A stretch of 64,000 bases of DNA. It comes from an uncultured Verrucomicrobiae bacterium (GTDB taxonomy: Bacteria > Verrucomicrobiota > Verrucomicrobiia > Limisphaerales > Palsa-1400). The position numbers were made by a program, and so were the translations under genes. The notes below the pieces were generated by a model. It saw nothing but the letters and a program-made list of their open reading frames with translations. It made no database searches and had not been told where the DNA came from. Below are positions 1 through 10,009 of this stretch, piece by piece (the stretch's first letter is position 1; each line of letters begins with the position of its first letter). The stretch lies in the NCBI GenBank assembly GCA_963702845.1, contig OY969763.1, positions 864,001 through 928,000 on the forward strand. Direction: 5' to 3'.

Positions 1-178
1 TTCTGTGGCTCATTCTTTACAACTGCCAATTTTTCGCGGGCCGGCATTTTTGGCATTAGCCGATGCGAGTATTAATAAGTTTAGACTGATGCCTTCCTTG
101 GGAAAGATGACGCTTTCAGAATAAAGCAATTCCAGATGCCGCCCAATAGGCAGCCGAACCGTTAACGTTCATGAAAGT

Positions 179-1672
179 TCATTGCGCCTTTAGCCGAATA
201 AAAAAGGTGGTGCCTCGGCCCGGTTCTGATTCGAGCCAAACTGTGCCGCCCATAACCTCGGCTGCTTTCTTCACAGTCGCCAAACCAAGGCCGCTGCCGG
301 GGCGGTCTTTGTCGCTATGCAGCCGCTGAAATGCCTGGAAAACTTTCTCCCGGTTTTCGGGGGCGATTCCGATGCCGTTGTCAGAAACCGAAACGACAAC
401 TTCACTGCCCTCGCGTCGGCTACCCACTTGTAACATCAAAGGAACATCGCGGTGTCTGTAATTGATCGCGTTCTGAAATAGATTGGTGAATATCTGGACT
501 AGCAAAGTTGGGTTGCCTTGAACGCTGGGAAGATCTTCGGGAATTTCGAGGGTCCCGCCGATTTCATTTAAATGCCGATCAAAATCGCCACGAAATTGAT
601 GAATCAATTGGCTTAGCGATACCGCGCTTAATTTTACGGCTGCGCGTCCCGCCTGCGAGTATTGCAGGACGTCTTTGATCAGGCGTGACATGCGATCGCT
701 GGCTTGAAGTATCCGCTCCACGAACTCTTCTCCTTCTCCAGCTATTTGAGCGGCATAATCTTCCTTTAAGGCCTCGGCGAATCCACGAATTGCGAACAAG
801 GGCGACTGCAAATCATGCGACACGGAATAGGAAAAGGCCTCCAGTTCCTTGGTCCGTTCTTTGACGCGGCCTTCCAATTCGGCGTTGAGTTGGCGCAGCT
901 TTTGTTCGGTGTTTTTCAGCTTCGAAATATCCACGCCGACGCCGATCACGCACCGTTTTCCATCAAAGATGATCCGTTTGCCATCAATCCAAAACGGAAT
1001 GCGCTCGCCGGATTTGGTAAGATATTCCACTTCCATTTCCTCGTACCCACCGGTTTTGATCAAGCGATCAAAGATGGCGCCAGCCGCTTCCTGTTGCTCG
1101 AGCGGAAGAAAAACATTACTGGTCAGGTGCGAAAACTCTTCAGAAGAATAGCCGGATATCAGTTCTGCGTTTCGATTCCATCGGAGGAGCTTGCCGGTTT
1201 CTTCGGTGACGTAAAAAACTCCCGGTAAACAGTCGATCAATGCATTTGAAAAATTCCGTTCCCGAAACAAAAGTTGGGTGTAATCGACTTGCTCGGTGAC
1301 ATCGCGACAGTAACCCACCCATCTACTGATGCTTCCATCTTTTTCGCGAACCGGGACGCCACGCGCGGCCAAGTGCCGCCATTTTCCATCCGCCCGACGA
1401 ATACGAAACTCGGTCTCATAAATGGAACTGGATGCAATGGCTTGGGACCGCTGTTGTTCCACTCGTTGTTGGTCTTCCGGATGCACGAAATTGAGCCAGC
1501 CCGATCCAAAAAGGTCGTCCGCAGTCTGGCCGGTAAACTCGCACAAAGACGGGTTGTCTTCGACGAAGTTGCCCATGGCATCTGTGGTCCAAAGGAATTC
1601 GGTAGGAAAATCACGCGAGGAATTGCGTTGTGCTCTTGCGAGTTCTTGCTCGAGGACTGCTGCCATAACCAT
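179..1672 (-). CDS. PAS-domain sensor histidine kinase (cytoplasmic)
   Basis: Two PAS/PAC segments (WLNFVHPEDQ...YETEFRIRRADGKWRH), H-box FSYSVSHDLQSPL, N-box QIFTNLFQNAINY, G1 DNGIGI, G2 GSGLGLA. No transmembrane segment seen. Confidence 0.93.
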   Translation of the reverse strand: MVMAAVLEQELARAQRNSSRDFPTEFLWTTDAMGNFVEDNPSLCEFTGQTADDLFGSGWLNFVHPEDQQRVEQQRSQAIASSSIYETEFRIRRADGKWRHLAARGVPVREKDGSISRWVGYCRDVTEQVDYTQLLFRERNFSNALIDCLPGVFYVTEETGKLLRWNRNAELISGYSSEEFSHLTSNVFLPLEQQEAAGAIFDRLIKTGGYEEMEVEYLTKSGERIPFWIDGKRIIFDGKRCVIGVGVDISKLKNTEQKLRQLNAELEGRVKERTKELEAFSYSVSHDLQSPLFAIRGFAEALKEDYAAQIAGEGEEFVERILQASDRMSRLIKDVLQYSQAGRAAVKLSAVSLSQLIHQFRGDFDRHLNEIGGTLEIPEDLPSVQGNPTLLVQIFTNLFQNAINYRHRDVPLMLQVGSRREGSEVVVSVSDNGIGIAPENREKVFQAFQRLHSDKDRPGSGLGLATVKKAAEVMGGTVWLESEPGRGTTFFIRLKAQ

Positions 1673-1765
1673 TGTCTTTAAAAAGAACGTTCACTTTGAA
1701 CCTTCGGACGTCAATTGCTTCGAAATAGGGGCAGTCCTAAGAATTCCACCTTTCGGGTTGGTTTT

Positions 1766-2779
1766 TCAAAATGCTGCAATGCGTTGGATGACCCAGAACA
1801 TCGCCACCGTCCCGATGGCGTAAGGCGGAAAGAGCGGCAAGAGGCGCGCTGGCCGATTTGCGATCGACAAAAAAGCGAATTTTTCGAGGATGTTCCGGCC
1901 AAGGGCAATCAGTGACAGAACGATCCCGATGAACAGAAAGTGACCCGCCTCAACCCCGACGCTGAAAAACAGCAGTGCCGTCGGAATGTGACCTTGCGGT
2001 AGACCCGCTTCGCTAAGGCCGCTGGCAAACCCCAGACCGTGCATTAATCCGAAGGTGAACGCCACAAGCCACGGCGCACGCGTCGTAATGCCGGGGTGCC
2101 CTTGTCGGTCGCGCAGTATCTCGGCGGCAACGAATACAATGCTGAGCGCGATAACGGCTTCGACTGGTTTTTGTGGCACGTGGATGTACCCAAGCGTTGC
2201 CAGTGTCAGCGTGATGCTGTGTGAAATGGTGAAGGCCGTGACCGTTTTGACCAGGCGTAAACCGCCGCGTGTGATGATGAGGAGCGCGAGCACGAACAAG
2301 AGGTGATCTATACCAGTGAGAATATGCTCAACCCCAAGTACCGAGTAGGTCCGGGCGACTTCCAGCGTGCGCGGACCAGCCTCAACGAAAAACGAGGGAG
2401 CTGATGGAGTAAGGCGCGTCACTTGCGCTGAGCCGTCGAGGCGTTCCACACGCACGAGCACGTCAGTCATTGTCGAACTGAGACCGGTAATGTGAATTTT
2501 GCGGCCAGTCAGACCGCTCGGGCAACGGAAGTTCCAAACCTCAGTGAAGGCGTTGTTGGCCATCACCGCTCGCGGCACCGTGATGTTTGTGCAGCCCGCT
2601 GGCAGTTCTACGTAGAGTCCAAGGTGCAGACTCTCTCCGCGGCCCGGCACCTTCCATAGCGCTGCGTAGGTATCCGCTTCCGTCTGGCGCAATTCAAGAT
2701 AGGCGGGCCGCACCTCATGCGCTATCGCGCCGATCGAAAATGCCAGCCAAAGAAGCCATATGTATGAAACGTGCTTCAT
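1766..2779 (-). CDS. HupE/UreJ family membrane protein with N-terminal exported domain
   Basis: Signal peptide ending AIA-HE, then GVEHILTGIDHLLF, AFTISHSITL, VEAVIALSI and FGLMHGLGFA motifs. Start overlaps the upstream stop (ATGA). Confidence 0.88.
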   Translation of the reverse strand: MKHVSYIWLLWLAFSIGAIAHEVRPAYLELRQTEADTYAALWKVPGRGESLHLGLYVELPAGCTNITVPRAVMANNAFTEVWNFRCPSGLTGRKIHITGLSSTMTDVLVRVERLDGSAQVTRLTPSAPSFFVEAGPRTLEVARTYSVLGVEHILTGIDHLLFVLALLIITRGGLRLVKTVTAFTISHSITLTLATLGYIHVPQKPVEAVIALSIVFVAAEILRDRQGHPGITTRAPWLVAFTFGLMHGLGFASGLSEAGLPQGHIPTALLFFSVGVEAGHFLFIGIVLSLIALGRNILEKFAFLSIANRPARLLPLFPPYAIGTVAMFWVIQRIAAF

Positions 2780-3657
2780 TTGACGGCATTTGCGGCAAGT
2801 TTGTTTGATGGCACTGCCGGCTCGAACTGTTCGACCGTCACGGTGTAACGCTTGAGGAGCGATTCATAAAACTTCTCGTTGGCGTCCAAGCGCCGAGCAT
2901 TTTCCCATTCGCGACGCACAGCTTCATGCACTTCCGCCAGTGCGGGAAGACGCGACTCTGTTCGTTCTGCCACAAACACCAAATGCTGGCCATAGCCGGA
3001 CTCGACCGGCCCGTGCCATTTGCCGGGCTCAAGCGTGCTCAATTGCGCGACAAACTTTTCGCCGAACTGTTTTGCAATCTCTCCAGCGGGCGCCGCCGTG
3101 GTTTGTTGCTCCAACAGGATCTCGTCGCCGAACCCCGTAACGTCTGCCTTGTCGTCGGCCTCGTTCAACTGCTGGAGTACTTGCGCCAGGTCGCGATCCA
3201 GAGTTTTGCCGTGCTTCTCGGGATTGAAATAGACCTGCCGGAACGTGAACATTTGCGGAATCCGGAAACTATCGGGATGCGCCTGCATGTAGACTGTCAA
3301 ATCGGCTTCCGATGGCTCGGTAACGTTACTAATGTCTTCAGAGACGAATTCCAGTTTTTGCCGCAGCCGGCGTCGAATGATCGTGTCGTCCTTGTCCAAA
3401 CCCAAAGCAATCGCCTCGCGGTAACAGACTTCTTCACGCACGCGATCTTTTATAAGTCCGGCCAATTCCTCCTCTGTTGGCGGACGCTGCCAGGCTCTGG
3501 AAAAACCAGCCACCAGATTTTCGATTTGACCTTGCGTGACGACGATCTTGTCCGGCTCATTGCTGCTGGCGCTCGCCGGCAACAATCTATAAGCAATAAA
3601 CACCGCCGCTCCCAACAGGACGAAATGCACCAGTGGTTCTTTCAATACACGCTTCAT
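2776..3657 (-). CDS. Membrane-anchored peptidyl-prolyl cis-trans isomerase (PpiC/rotamase-like)
   Basis: Start moved to ATG 3657 (ATGA overlap with the DUF3604 stop). Motifs LKEPLVHFVLLGA, REEVCYREAIALGLDKDDTIIRRRLRQK and WHGPVESGYGQHLV. Confidence 0.85.
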   Translation of the reverse strand: MKRVLKEPLVHFVLLGAAVFIAYRLLPASASSNEPDKIVVTQGQIENLVAGFSRAWQRPPTEEELAGLIKDRVREEVCYREAIALGLDKDDTIIRRRLRQKLEFVSEDISNVTEPSEADLTVYMQAHPDSFRIPQMFTFRQVYFNPEKHGKTLDRDLAQVLQQLNEADDKADVTGFGDEILLEQQTTAAPAGEIAKQFGEKFVAQLSTLEPGKWHGPVESGYGQHLVFVAERTESRLPALAEVHEAVRREWENARRLDANEKFYESLLKRYTVTVEQFEPAVPSNKLAANAVK

Positions 3658-5567
3658 GGCGTGTACCAGATTGGGGATGTATAGGCGCGTTCTTGGATAG
3701 CCGTGGGACAATTCGTCGGAGGCTTGGTGCCGAAGAATTTTGCGTCATAGGTCGTCCATCGCGGCGTCGGAATCTCGATCACGCGAACGTAGTAGAAGGC
3801 AGGTTCCTTTGGGTTGAAACTCGGATCCTTCCAGTAACCCAGCAAGAGCGGCGTGCCTATGGTGTTTTTAAAAGTCGCATCCGGCACGTTCACGGTATTG
3901 CCGACGGGTGTCTTGCAGCGGCCGTCTTTGTCGATGGTGCGGCCACCGGACACGACGACGTCGTAGATCTGTTCGTGCGTTTCCCCGCCGGACTCCAGCC
4001 ACCCCTTGACGACTTGCACCCGGTCCAGGTTCGCGCCGTCGGGATCGCGCAGGGCGCGGATCATCAGAGTGAGAGCTTTCCCGTCCGGTGCGGTCCGCAG
4101 GTCGCCGCCCATTGGCACGCCTTTTTTATAACCGTATTTGGCGAAATCCTGACGCTCCACATCGTCCGAGACGAAATCCCAGCCCGCGAAAATCCGCACA
4201 ATCGGCCGGGTCCCTGTGGTCGCATACACTTCCTTGCGGGCCATCGCATCCCACAACGCCTCGCGTGTGTTGCCCGTCGCCCAAACCGCCGCCAGTCCCG
4301 AAGCGCTGGTCTGCCATGAATATTGTCGCTGGGCTGGATCCTTTGAAAGACGACCCGTGAGCACCTCGTCGAACCGGTCCGGCCTCGCAGACGGCTCCAT
4401 TGGCGTAGCTTTCCCGAAGAAATTGTCTTCTGTTGTCGTTGAAAGCGCAGTGTGTGAATCGGTTGACCCGATCATCCCGAATTTGAACGGATTTGCTCCG
4501 ATTTTCTCGTCGTACTTCAGCCCGCGTTTAAGCGCCTCGCGCGCGTACTCGCGCGGAAGCATATCCGGCGTGTGGACGGTAGGCCCGAAGCCACCCTTGT
4601 CCCATGTTTCGAAATCGGAGAATTCATCGTTTGGCGAGAGCCCCGGGTGTGTCTCCCCGTCGCCCTTCATCTGGGTGACTTCGTAGATTGGTTCCCAATG
4701 CATTCGGCGCAGCGCATAGTCGCGGTCAAGCGGTTTCTTCGTGGTCAACGTGACATCATCGAACATCAGTCCGCAGGACAGATTGCCGTTATGTGGGATG
4801 GCCAGTAATCGGCCGCCAGTCTTCTGCTCATACGCACCCATCCACTTCCATAAATCCTCGGGATCCTCCGTGTCATATTGCGAGATCGGCGTAATCTGAT
4901 CTGCCTTTGCCTTGCCGTCGCGGAAGATGACATTGCGGTGCAGATTGTTGCCGCTGGGACTCGATGTCCACTCAAAGCCAATGAACGCGGTGAACTTACC
5001 CGGGTCATTATATTTTTCGGCAAAGGTCGTGATGCGCTCCCACATTGATCGGACGATCGTATCAGCGCCTTTAAGCGGGTCCTGTCGTTTGAGCATCACT
5101 CCGCCCCACGCGTCATACGCCTTCCCGCCCTCGCCGTTCTTGACGAGTTCATGAACTTTGCGCCCGAATTCCGTTTTGAGCAGTTCGGGGTTGGACTCCG
5201 CAATCATAGGGGCGAGCCCAAGATTCTCCGAGTGGTCCGATACAACCAGAAAATCCAGCGGACGTTGTAAACGCGCACGGACACCGCTGCTCGAGGTGAC
5301 CTCCTCGCCGCGGGCAAATCGATAAGCCTCCTCCGGACCGAGCCGGCAGCCCATCATGCCTGCATCCGTTGAGTACGCGGTGTGCAGATGCGTATCGCCA
5401 AAATACACGCGATCGGCGCCCACATGCTCCAGGTATGGTGAATACTCCCGCTTGCCGAGCGTAACCTTGCTTGGGTCAACATCTACATCCTGGGCCACGC
5501 CGCACAACGACAGGCCTATAATAATTAGCGCTGTGAGTGTTCCCCGATTTAGCATGTTTGTCTTCAT
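3654..5567 (-). CDS. DUF3604 family exported protein (PHP-like metal-binding hydrolase fold)
   Basis: Signal peptide, YFGDTHLHTAYSTDA, LDFLVVSDHSE, GNNLHRNVIF, IPHNGNLS, EVTQMKGDGETHP, GSTDSH, and the C-terminal IQERAYTSPIWYTP typical of DUF3604. Confidence 0.88.
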   Translation of the reverse strand: MKTNMLNRGTLTALIIIGLSLCGVAQDVDVDPSKVTLGKREYSPYLEHVGADRVYFGDTHLHTAYSTDAGMMGCRLGPEEAYRFARGEEVTSSSGVRARLQRPLDFLVVSDHSENLGLAPMIAESNPELLKTEFGRKVHELVKNGEGGKAYDAWGGVMLKRQDPLKGADTIVRSMWERITTFAEKYNDPGKFTAFIGFEWTSSPSGNNLHRNVIFRDGKAKADQITPISQYDTEDPEDLWKWMGAYEQKTGGRLLAIPHNGNLSCGLMFDDVTLTTKKPLDRDYALRRMHWEPIYEVTQMKGDGETHPGLSPNDEFSDFETWDKGGFGPTVHTPDMLPREYAREALKRGLKYDEKIGANPFKFGMIGSTDSHTALSTTTEDNFFGKATPMEPSARPDRFDEVLTGRLSKDPAQRQYSWQTSASGLAAVWATGNTREALWDAMARKEVYATTGTRPIVRIFAGWDFVSDDVERQDFAKYGYKKGVPMGGDLRTAPDGKALTLMIRALRDPDGANLDRVQVVKGWLESGGETHEQIYDVVVSGGRTIDKDGRCKTPVGNTVNVPDATFKNTIGTPLLLGYWKDPSFNPKEPAFYYVRVIEIPTPRWTTYDAKFFGTKPPTNCPTAIQERAYTSPIWYTP

Positions 5568-5591
5568 AGCATCGATTTGGTTCGATTCGAA

Positions 5592-6128
5592 TCAACCACT
5601 GGGTTGCGCCAATTCGTCGTCGCTTCTGCTGTGGAAGAACAGATTCCATATTTTGCCCTCACCCAGGACCCGGTTTGATTCCCTCAATGCAAAAAAAGGT
5701 ATGAAGGTAAAGAATACGACCAGGCAATTAGCGAGCAGTTCATACTTCCCTTTTCCGAGTAACTCGTTCGCTCCGCCGGCCAGTCCCTCATTGCGTAGAA
5801 GACCCCGCACTGTGTGTTCCAAAATGCTGAAGATCACCACCCATATTGTAAACGTGACAGTCCTGAAGAGAGTCGGAATTGCCAGCGGCTTATTCTTAAA
5901 TGGCTTTGTCAGGAAGAGATCGCCCACCAGAATGACTTTCGCCAAAATCAGTGCCTGGATTAGTGCGAAGCCATAGTTCAGGTATTCGATCTCGTATCCC
6001 GCCAGAATCAATCTTCGATACACAGTAAAGGCGCCGAAATAGACCGCGAGATACAGGACGGTCAGCCAGTAATCGATAAACTCGTGCCACAGCCTCTGCT
6101 TCCACGGTAGCTTTATCGGTGTTGGCAT
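5592..6128 (-). CDS. Hypothetical integral membrane protein (~4 TM)
   Basis: 178-aa ORF with four hydrophobic stretches, co-oriented with and 24 bp from the DUF3604 gene. Confidence 0.75.
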   Translation of the reverse strand: MPTPIKLPWKQRLWHEFIDYWLTVLYLAVYFGAFTVYRRLILAGYEIEYLNYGFALIQALILAKVILVGDLFLTKPFKNKPLAIPTLFRTVTFTIWVVIFSILEHTVRGLLRNEGLAGGANELLGKGKYELLANCLVVFFTFIPFFALRESNRVLGEGKIWNLFFHSRSDDELAQPSG

Positions 6129-6263
6129 TGTTCACTGATTAGCTACGCAGGTAAGTGAACGGGAACCGTCCCGGTGATTAGCCACGCGGTTACCCCCGAC
6201 CACACCCCGCCTGCATCGCAGCCAGCGCCCTTAGAATCGCCAGCCGCATCGAAGGCACAGCTC

Positions 6264-7100
6264 TTAGAATCGCCCGCCCAATTCGAGCAGCGGTCCCCCG
6301 AACGTCGCGTTGAAATTGAAGTTGTTCCTGTTGGCGATATCGAGGCTCAACCAGTGCCATCCGAGTCGTATATACGTGCTCTTCGAAGGTCGGAATTCAG
6401 CCGCCGGCGTTACTGCCCAGGTAAAATGATCACTCAGCACTCCAAAACCACCGGCGTCTCCTTTGACGTAGATGCCGAACCAACTAGCGAAATCCCACGT
6501 CCCAACAAGACCTATGGTTGGATCGCCATAAAACCTTGTCGTGGAGCGCGAAGCTGTCAATCCCGGGCTGCTGATGCTCAGGTGTGGATTCAAATATGCC
6601 ATCCGCGCACCGAGATAAGCGGTAAGGCTATAACACGGCTGTCTCACGAATTCATAACCAAGATCAATGTTTCCATAGAGTTGCTTAAACGTCAGCTCCG
6701 CAGTCGACCCCGGCGCGGAAAAGATTCCGCGCGATTCGAGATTCTCGGATGTTTTCATATAAGTCCCATCGACAGAGAAATAGAACCTGCTTTTGCGAAG
6801 TTCGATATTGAGGGGCGCGATAAAATCCAGCCGGTCTTTAAAGCTCGAAAAATCCTTATGGATATGCCCCTGCTCTTGTCCAACGGTGATGTCACCATTC
6901 AATCCCGGCCCCCACAGCGGTAGTCCGATCCGCATGTGAAGGTTGTCGTCCATGCTGTTCTCATTGTACGTGGTCGTTGCTGTCGTCGTCACTGCTGTAG
7001 CCTCCGCCGCGTTGAGCTGAAGACAGCTGAAACACGCCAACGCAAGAGCACAGCCCAGAAGCGGCGTTGACCATCCATTCTTTTCGTTTCCTGTTCTCAT
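6264..7100 (-). CDS. Putative outer-membrane beta-barrel protein
   Basis: Signal peptide, alternating beta-strand pattern, GDAGGFG motif and C-terminal Phe (GPLLELGGRF). Confidence 0.75.
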   Translation of the reverse strand: MRTGNEKNGWSTPLLGCALALACFSCLQLNAAEATAVTTTATTTYNENSMDDNLHMRIGLPLWGPGLNGDITVGQEQGHIHKDFSSFKDRLDFIAPLNIELRKSRFYFSVDGTYMKTSENLESRGIFSAPGSTAELTFKQLYGNIDLGYEFVRQPCYSLTAYLGARMAYLNPHLSISSPGLTASRSTTRFYGDPTIGLVGTWDFASWFGIYVKGDAGGFGVLSDHFTWAVTPAAEFRPSKSTYIRLGWHWLSLDIANRNNFNFNATFGGPLLELGGRF

Positions 7101-7558
7101 AGTGGTTTTAATTTTTATTTCTTATTCCGCGATTTTCCCGGCGAAAGGTGCTGAATTATTCGCACTAACAAATCAAGCACGTGCTTTCCCCGCATTTCAA
7201 ATCCAAGGCAGTTGTTATGACCACGGACGGTAGCGAGCAACCGTTGTTCATGAACATCAGGAGGAACACGATAGGTTGGTCCCAGAATGTCGTAACGCCG
7301 TCTGGTCTTTTTCCCGAGGGGTGGTTTGCGGCTATGGCACGGAACGAACTGATTTGGCCTTTCTACGCGCCGCCCGCGCATATTGTTTCTGGGGCAATTA
7401 GCAAATCCTCCTAGCTGGCGATACGCAGGACTGCTGAAGAACCTTCGCATTAGTACTCTGACTATCTTCGGTATTTCCCAAGCTTTAATTTGGTCGGAGC
7501 AATCCGGAAAACAGCCACGCGTCAGGTTATGAGAATTTCAGCACAGAAGATTCGACAA

Positions 7559-9190
7559 ATGAGACATAAAACAAAAGAGCTCGTCCGACTGGCCATCGCT
7601 CTCTTTCTCGTGTTGGGGGCGTTTGCCGGGTCGGCTGCGGACAAAAAACCCAACATCCTCTTCATCATGGGGGATGACATCGGAATGTGGAATATCGGCG
7701 CTTACCATCGTGGCATGATGGCGGGTCGGACGCCGAACCTCGACCGGATGGCCAAGCAAGGCATGTTATTTACTGACTATTACGCGGAGGCAAGTTGCAC
7801 GGCGGGTCGTGCGAACTTCATCATGGGCGAGTTGCCCATCCGCACCGGCATGACTACGGTCGGCCAGGCGGGGGCCAAGATCGGCATTCCGGCGGAAGCG
7901 TGCACCATCGCTACCGCGCTCAAAGCGGAGGGCTACGCCACCGGGCAATTCGGCAAGAACCATCTCGGCGATCTCAACGAGTTCCTGCCGACGGTCCACG
8001 GGTTCGACGAGTTCTTCGGCTACTTATACCACTTGGACGCCATGGAAGATCCCGCGCATCCGAACTATCCGCAGAACCTGTTGGATAAGGTAGGTCCGCG
8101 CAACATGGTGCACTCTTGGGCCACCGATCAGGATGATCCCACCGAAATGCCGCGCTGGGGTAAGATCGGCAAGCAGAAGATCGAGGACGCCGGCACGCTT
8201 TATCCCGAGCGAATGAAGACCGTGGATAATGAGATTCGCGATCTTGCTTTGAAGTTCATTGAAAAATCCGCAGCGGATAACAAACCGTTCTTCGTCTGGC
8301 TCAATCCGACGCGCATGCACATCGTTACTCACCTCTCCGACCAGTACGAAAAGATGCGTAACTCGACGAACGGCTGGTCCGAAGAAGAAGCCGGCATGGC
8401 CCAGCTTGATGACGATGTTGGCCTCGTCCTGCAAAAGCTCAAGGACCTGGGAGTGGACGACAACACTATCGTCGTCTTCACGACCGACAACGGGACTGAA
8501 CTGTTTACCTGGCCTGATGGTGGAACGACGCCATTCGCGCAATCTAAAGGGACGGTGATGGAAGGCGGGTTCCGCGTTCCGTGCATTGCCCGCTGGCCCG
8601 GACATATCCCTGAAGATTCAGTCCAGAATGGCGTCTTCTCGGGCTTGGACTGGTTCCCGACGTTCCTTGCGGCAGCTGGCAATCCGAACATCATCGACCA
8701 GTTGCTTAAGGGTGTGAAGCTCGGCGACCGGACGTATAAGAACCATCTCGACGGTTACGACCAAACGGCCGCCATCACCGGCAAGGGGCCATCGACTCGC
8801 CATGAAATCTTCTATCTCGGTGAAAGTACGGTTGGGGCCGTGCGCATCGACGATTATAAATATCGGTTCATCGACCAACCGCGCGGCTGGTTGGGTGAGA
8901 AGACGCATGTGGATGTACCTTACTTGATCAATCTGCGCCTTGACCCGTTCGAGCGCCAAGGCTGGCCGAACGATGGGACTAAAGAAGGGGCACAGCAATA
9001 TTTCGATTGGTTCAAATTCCAGTTCTGGCGCTTTGTGTTCGTCCAGCAGGTGATGGGCAAGGAGCTCCAGACCTTCCTCGACTATCCGCCGATGCAAAAG
9101 GGCGCGAGTTTCAATCTCGACGCTGTCAAAGCGGAGATGGCGAAGAGGATGGCTGAAGCTGAGAAGGCGAGCAAAGGCAGTGGCCAGTAA
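7559..9190 (+). CDS. Arylsulfatase (formylglycine-dependent, Cys-type), exported
   Basis: KPNILFIMGDDIG, SCTAGR (CxxxR), GQFGKNHLGD, TTDNG and KGTVMEGGFRVP. Signal peptide from ATG 7559 (alternative ATG 7529). Confidence 0.93.
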   Translation: MRHKTKELVRLAIALFLVLGAFAGSAADKKPNILFIMGDDIGMWNIGAYHRGMMAGRTPNLDRMAKQGMLFTDYYAEASCTAGRANFIMGELPIRTGMTTVGQAGAKIGIPAEACTIATALKAEGYATGQFGKNHLGDLNEFLPTVHGFDEFFGYLYHLDAMEDPAHPNYPQNLLDKVGPRNMVHSWATDQDDPTEMPRWGKIGKQKIEDAGTLYPERMKTVDNEIRDLALKFIEKSAADNKPFFVWLNPTRMHIVTHLSDQYEKMRNSTNGWSEEEAGMAQLDDDVGLVLQKLKDLGVDDNTIVVFTTDNGTELFTWPDGGTTPFAQSKGTVMEGGFRVPCIARWPGHIPEDSVQNGVFSGLDWFPTFLAAAGNPNIIDQLLKGVKLGDRTYKNHLDGYDQTAAITGKGPSTRHEIFYLGESTVGAVRIDDYKYRFIDQPRGWLGEKTHVDVPYLINLRLDPFERQGWPNDGTKEGAQQYFDWFKFQFWRFVFVQQVMGKELQTFLDYPPMQKGASFNLDAVKAEMAKRMAEAEKASKGSGQ

Positions 9191-9995
9191 CCGAAATGAT
9201 CTTCATGCCAGGCGGCTCGCAAGAGCCCCCGGTTGGAGTCGGAATATTGTGACGCAGCGGCGATACATAAGTTGGATTTCGTTGTTCTTATTGTGCCTGG
9301 CCACGCCAACGCATTTGCGCGCAGCGAACGATGACGTTTCCGACCAGTTTCGCTTCAACGTTTCGACCCATCACCTTATCACGAGCAACCTGACGGGATT
9401 TTTGCATCTTGGCTATTTCAACGATCCGGACCTTGGCGAGCGAACGTATCGGATAGGATGGCCCGGCGTGACATACTCTGCCAATCATTGGCTCCAACTT
9501 TCAGGCGGTCTACTCACGACCTACGAAGCCAACAGCGGTAGTTCTGATACACTCGAACTCCGTCCGTTCGCGGGGGTGAAGTTTTTCATCCCCAACGACT
9601 ATAAACTACACCTTTATAACTTGGTCCGATTTGAATTCCTCGATACGGAAACTATCACGACGCATCAATGGACCGGGTTCAACCGGATTCGAAGTCGTTT
9701 CGGAGTAGAGGTTCCGCTCAGTTCACGCGAACGTGCGTGGAAACCGAGGACATGGTATGTGCTTTCGGATGTCGAGCCGTTCTATCGGTTCGATAAGAAC
9801 ATTTTTGATCCTCTTCGCGTTCGAGGAGGAGGGGGCTACGTCATCAACTCGCATCTGAGTTGCGAGTTGGTTTATTGCGCACAGTTCACTGCTTCCACCG
9901 GTAGCTCGCTGGCTTTCACGGAGAACATCATCTTTTTGAATTTAAAAATCGGGTTGGCCAAGGGACTTCTTGAGCGCCTGTACAATCCCGATTAG
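9180..9995 (+). CDS. DUF2490-like outer-membrane beta-barrel protein
   Basis: Signal-like hydrophobic segment, ELRPFAG, RFEF and RIRSRFGVEVPL strands resembling DUF2490. Start position uncertain. Confidence 0.7.
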   Translation: MASNRNDLHARRLARAPGWSRNIVTQRRYISWISLFLLCLATPTHLRAANDDVSDQFRFNVSTHHLITSNLTGFLHLGYFNDPDLGERTYRIGWPGVTYSANHWLQLSGGLLTTYEANSGSSDTLELRPFAGVKFFIPNDYKLHLYNLVRFEFLDTETITTHQWTGFNRIRSRFGVEVPLSSRERAWKPRTWYVLSDVEPFYRFDKNIFDPLRVRGGGGYVINSHLSCELVYCAQFTASTGSSLAFTENIIFLNLKIGLAKGLLERLYNPD

Positions 9996-10009
9996 GTCGA
10001 TTAAAACTT

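Noticed and set aside
6174..6923. 249-aa plus-strand ORF
   Set aside because: Antisense shadow of the beta-barrel gene, with no family features.
7335..7350. TGGCAC resembling a sigma-54 -24 box
   Set aside because: No TTGC at the -12 position (reads GGAACGAAC).
7115..7450. ORFs 7115-7450 (-) and 7181-7414 (+) in the divergent spacer
   Set aside because: No recognisable motifs, they overlap each other, and the region is more simply a shared promoter region.
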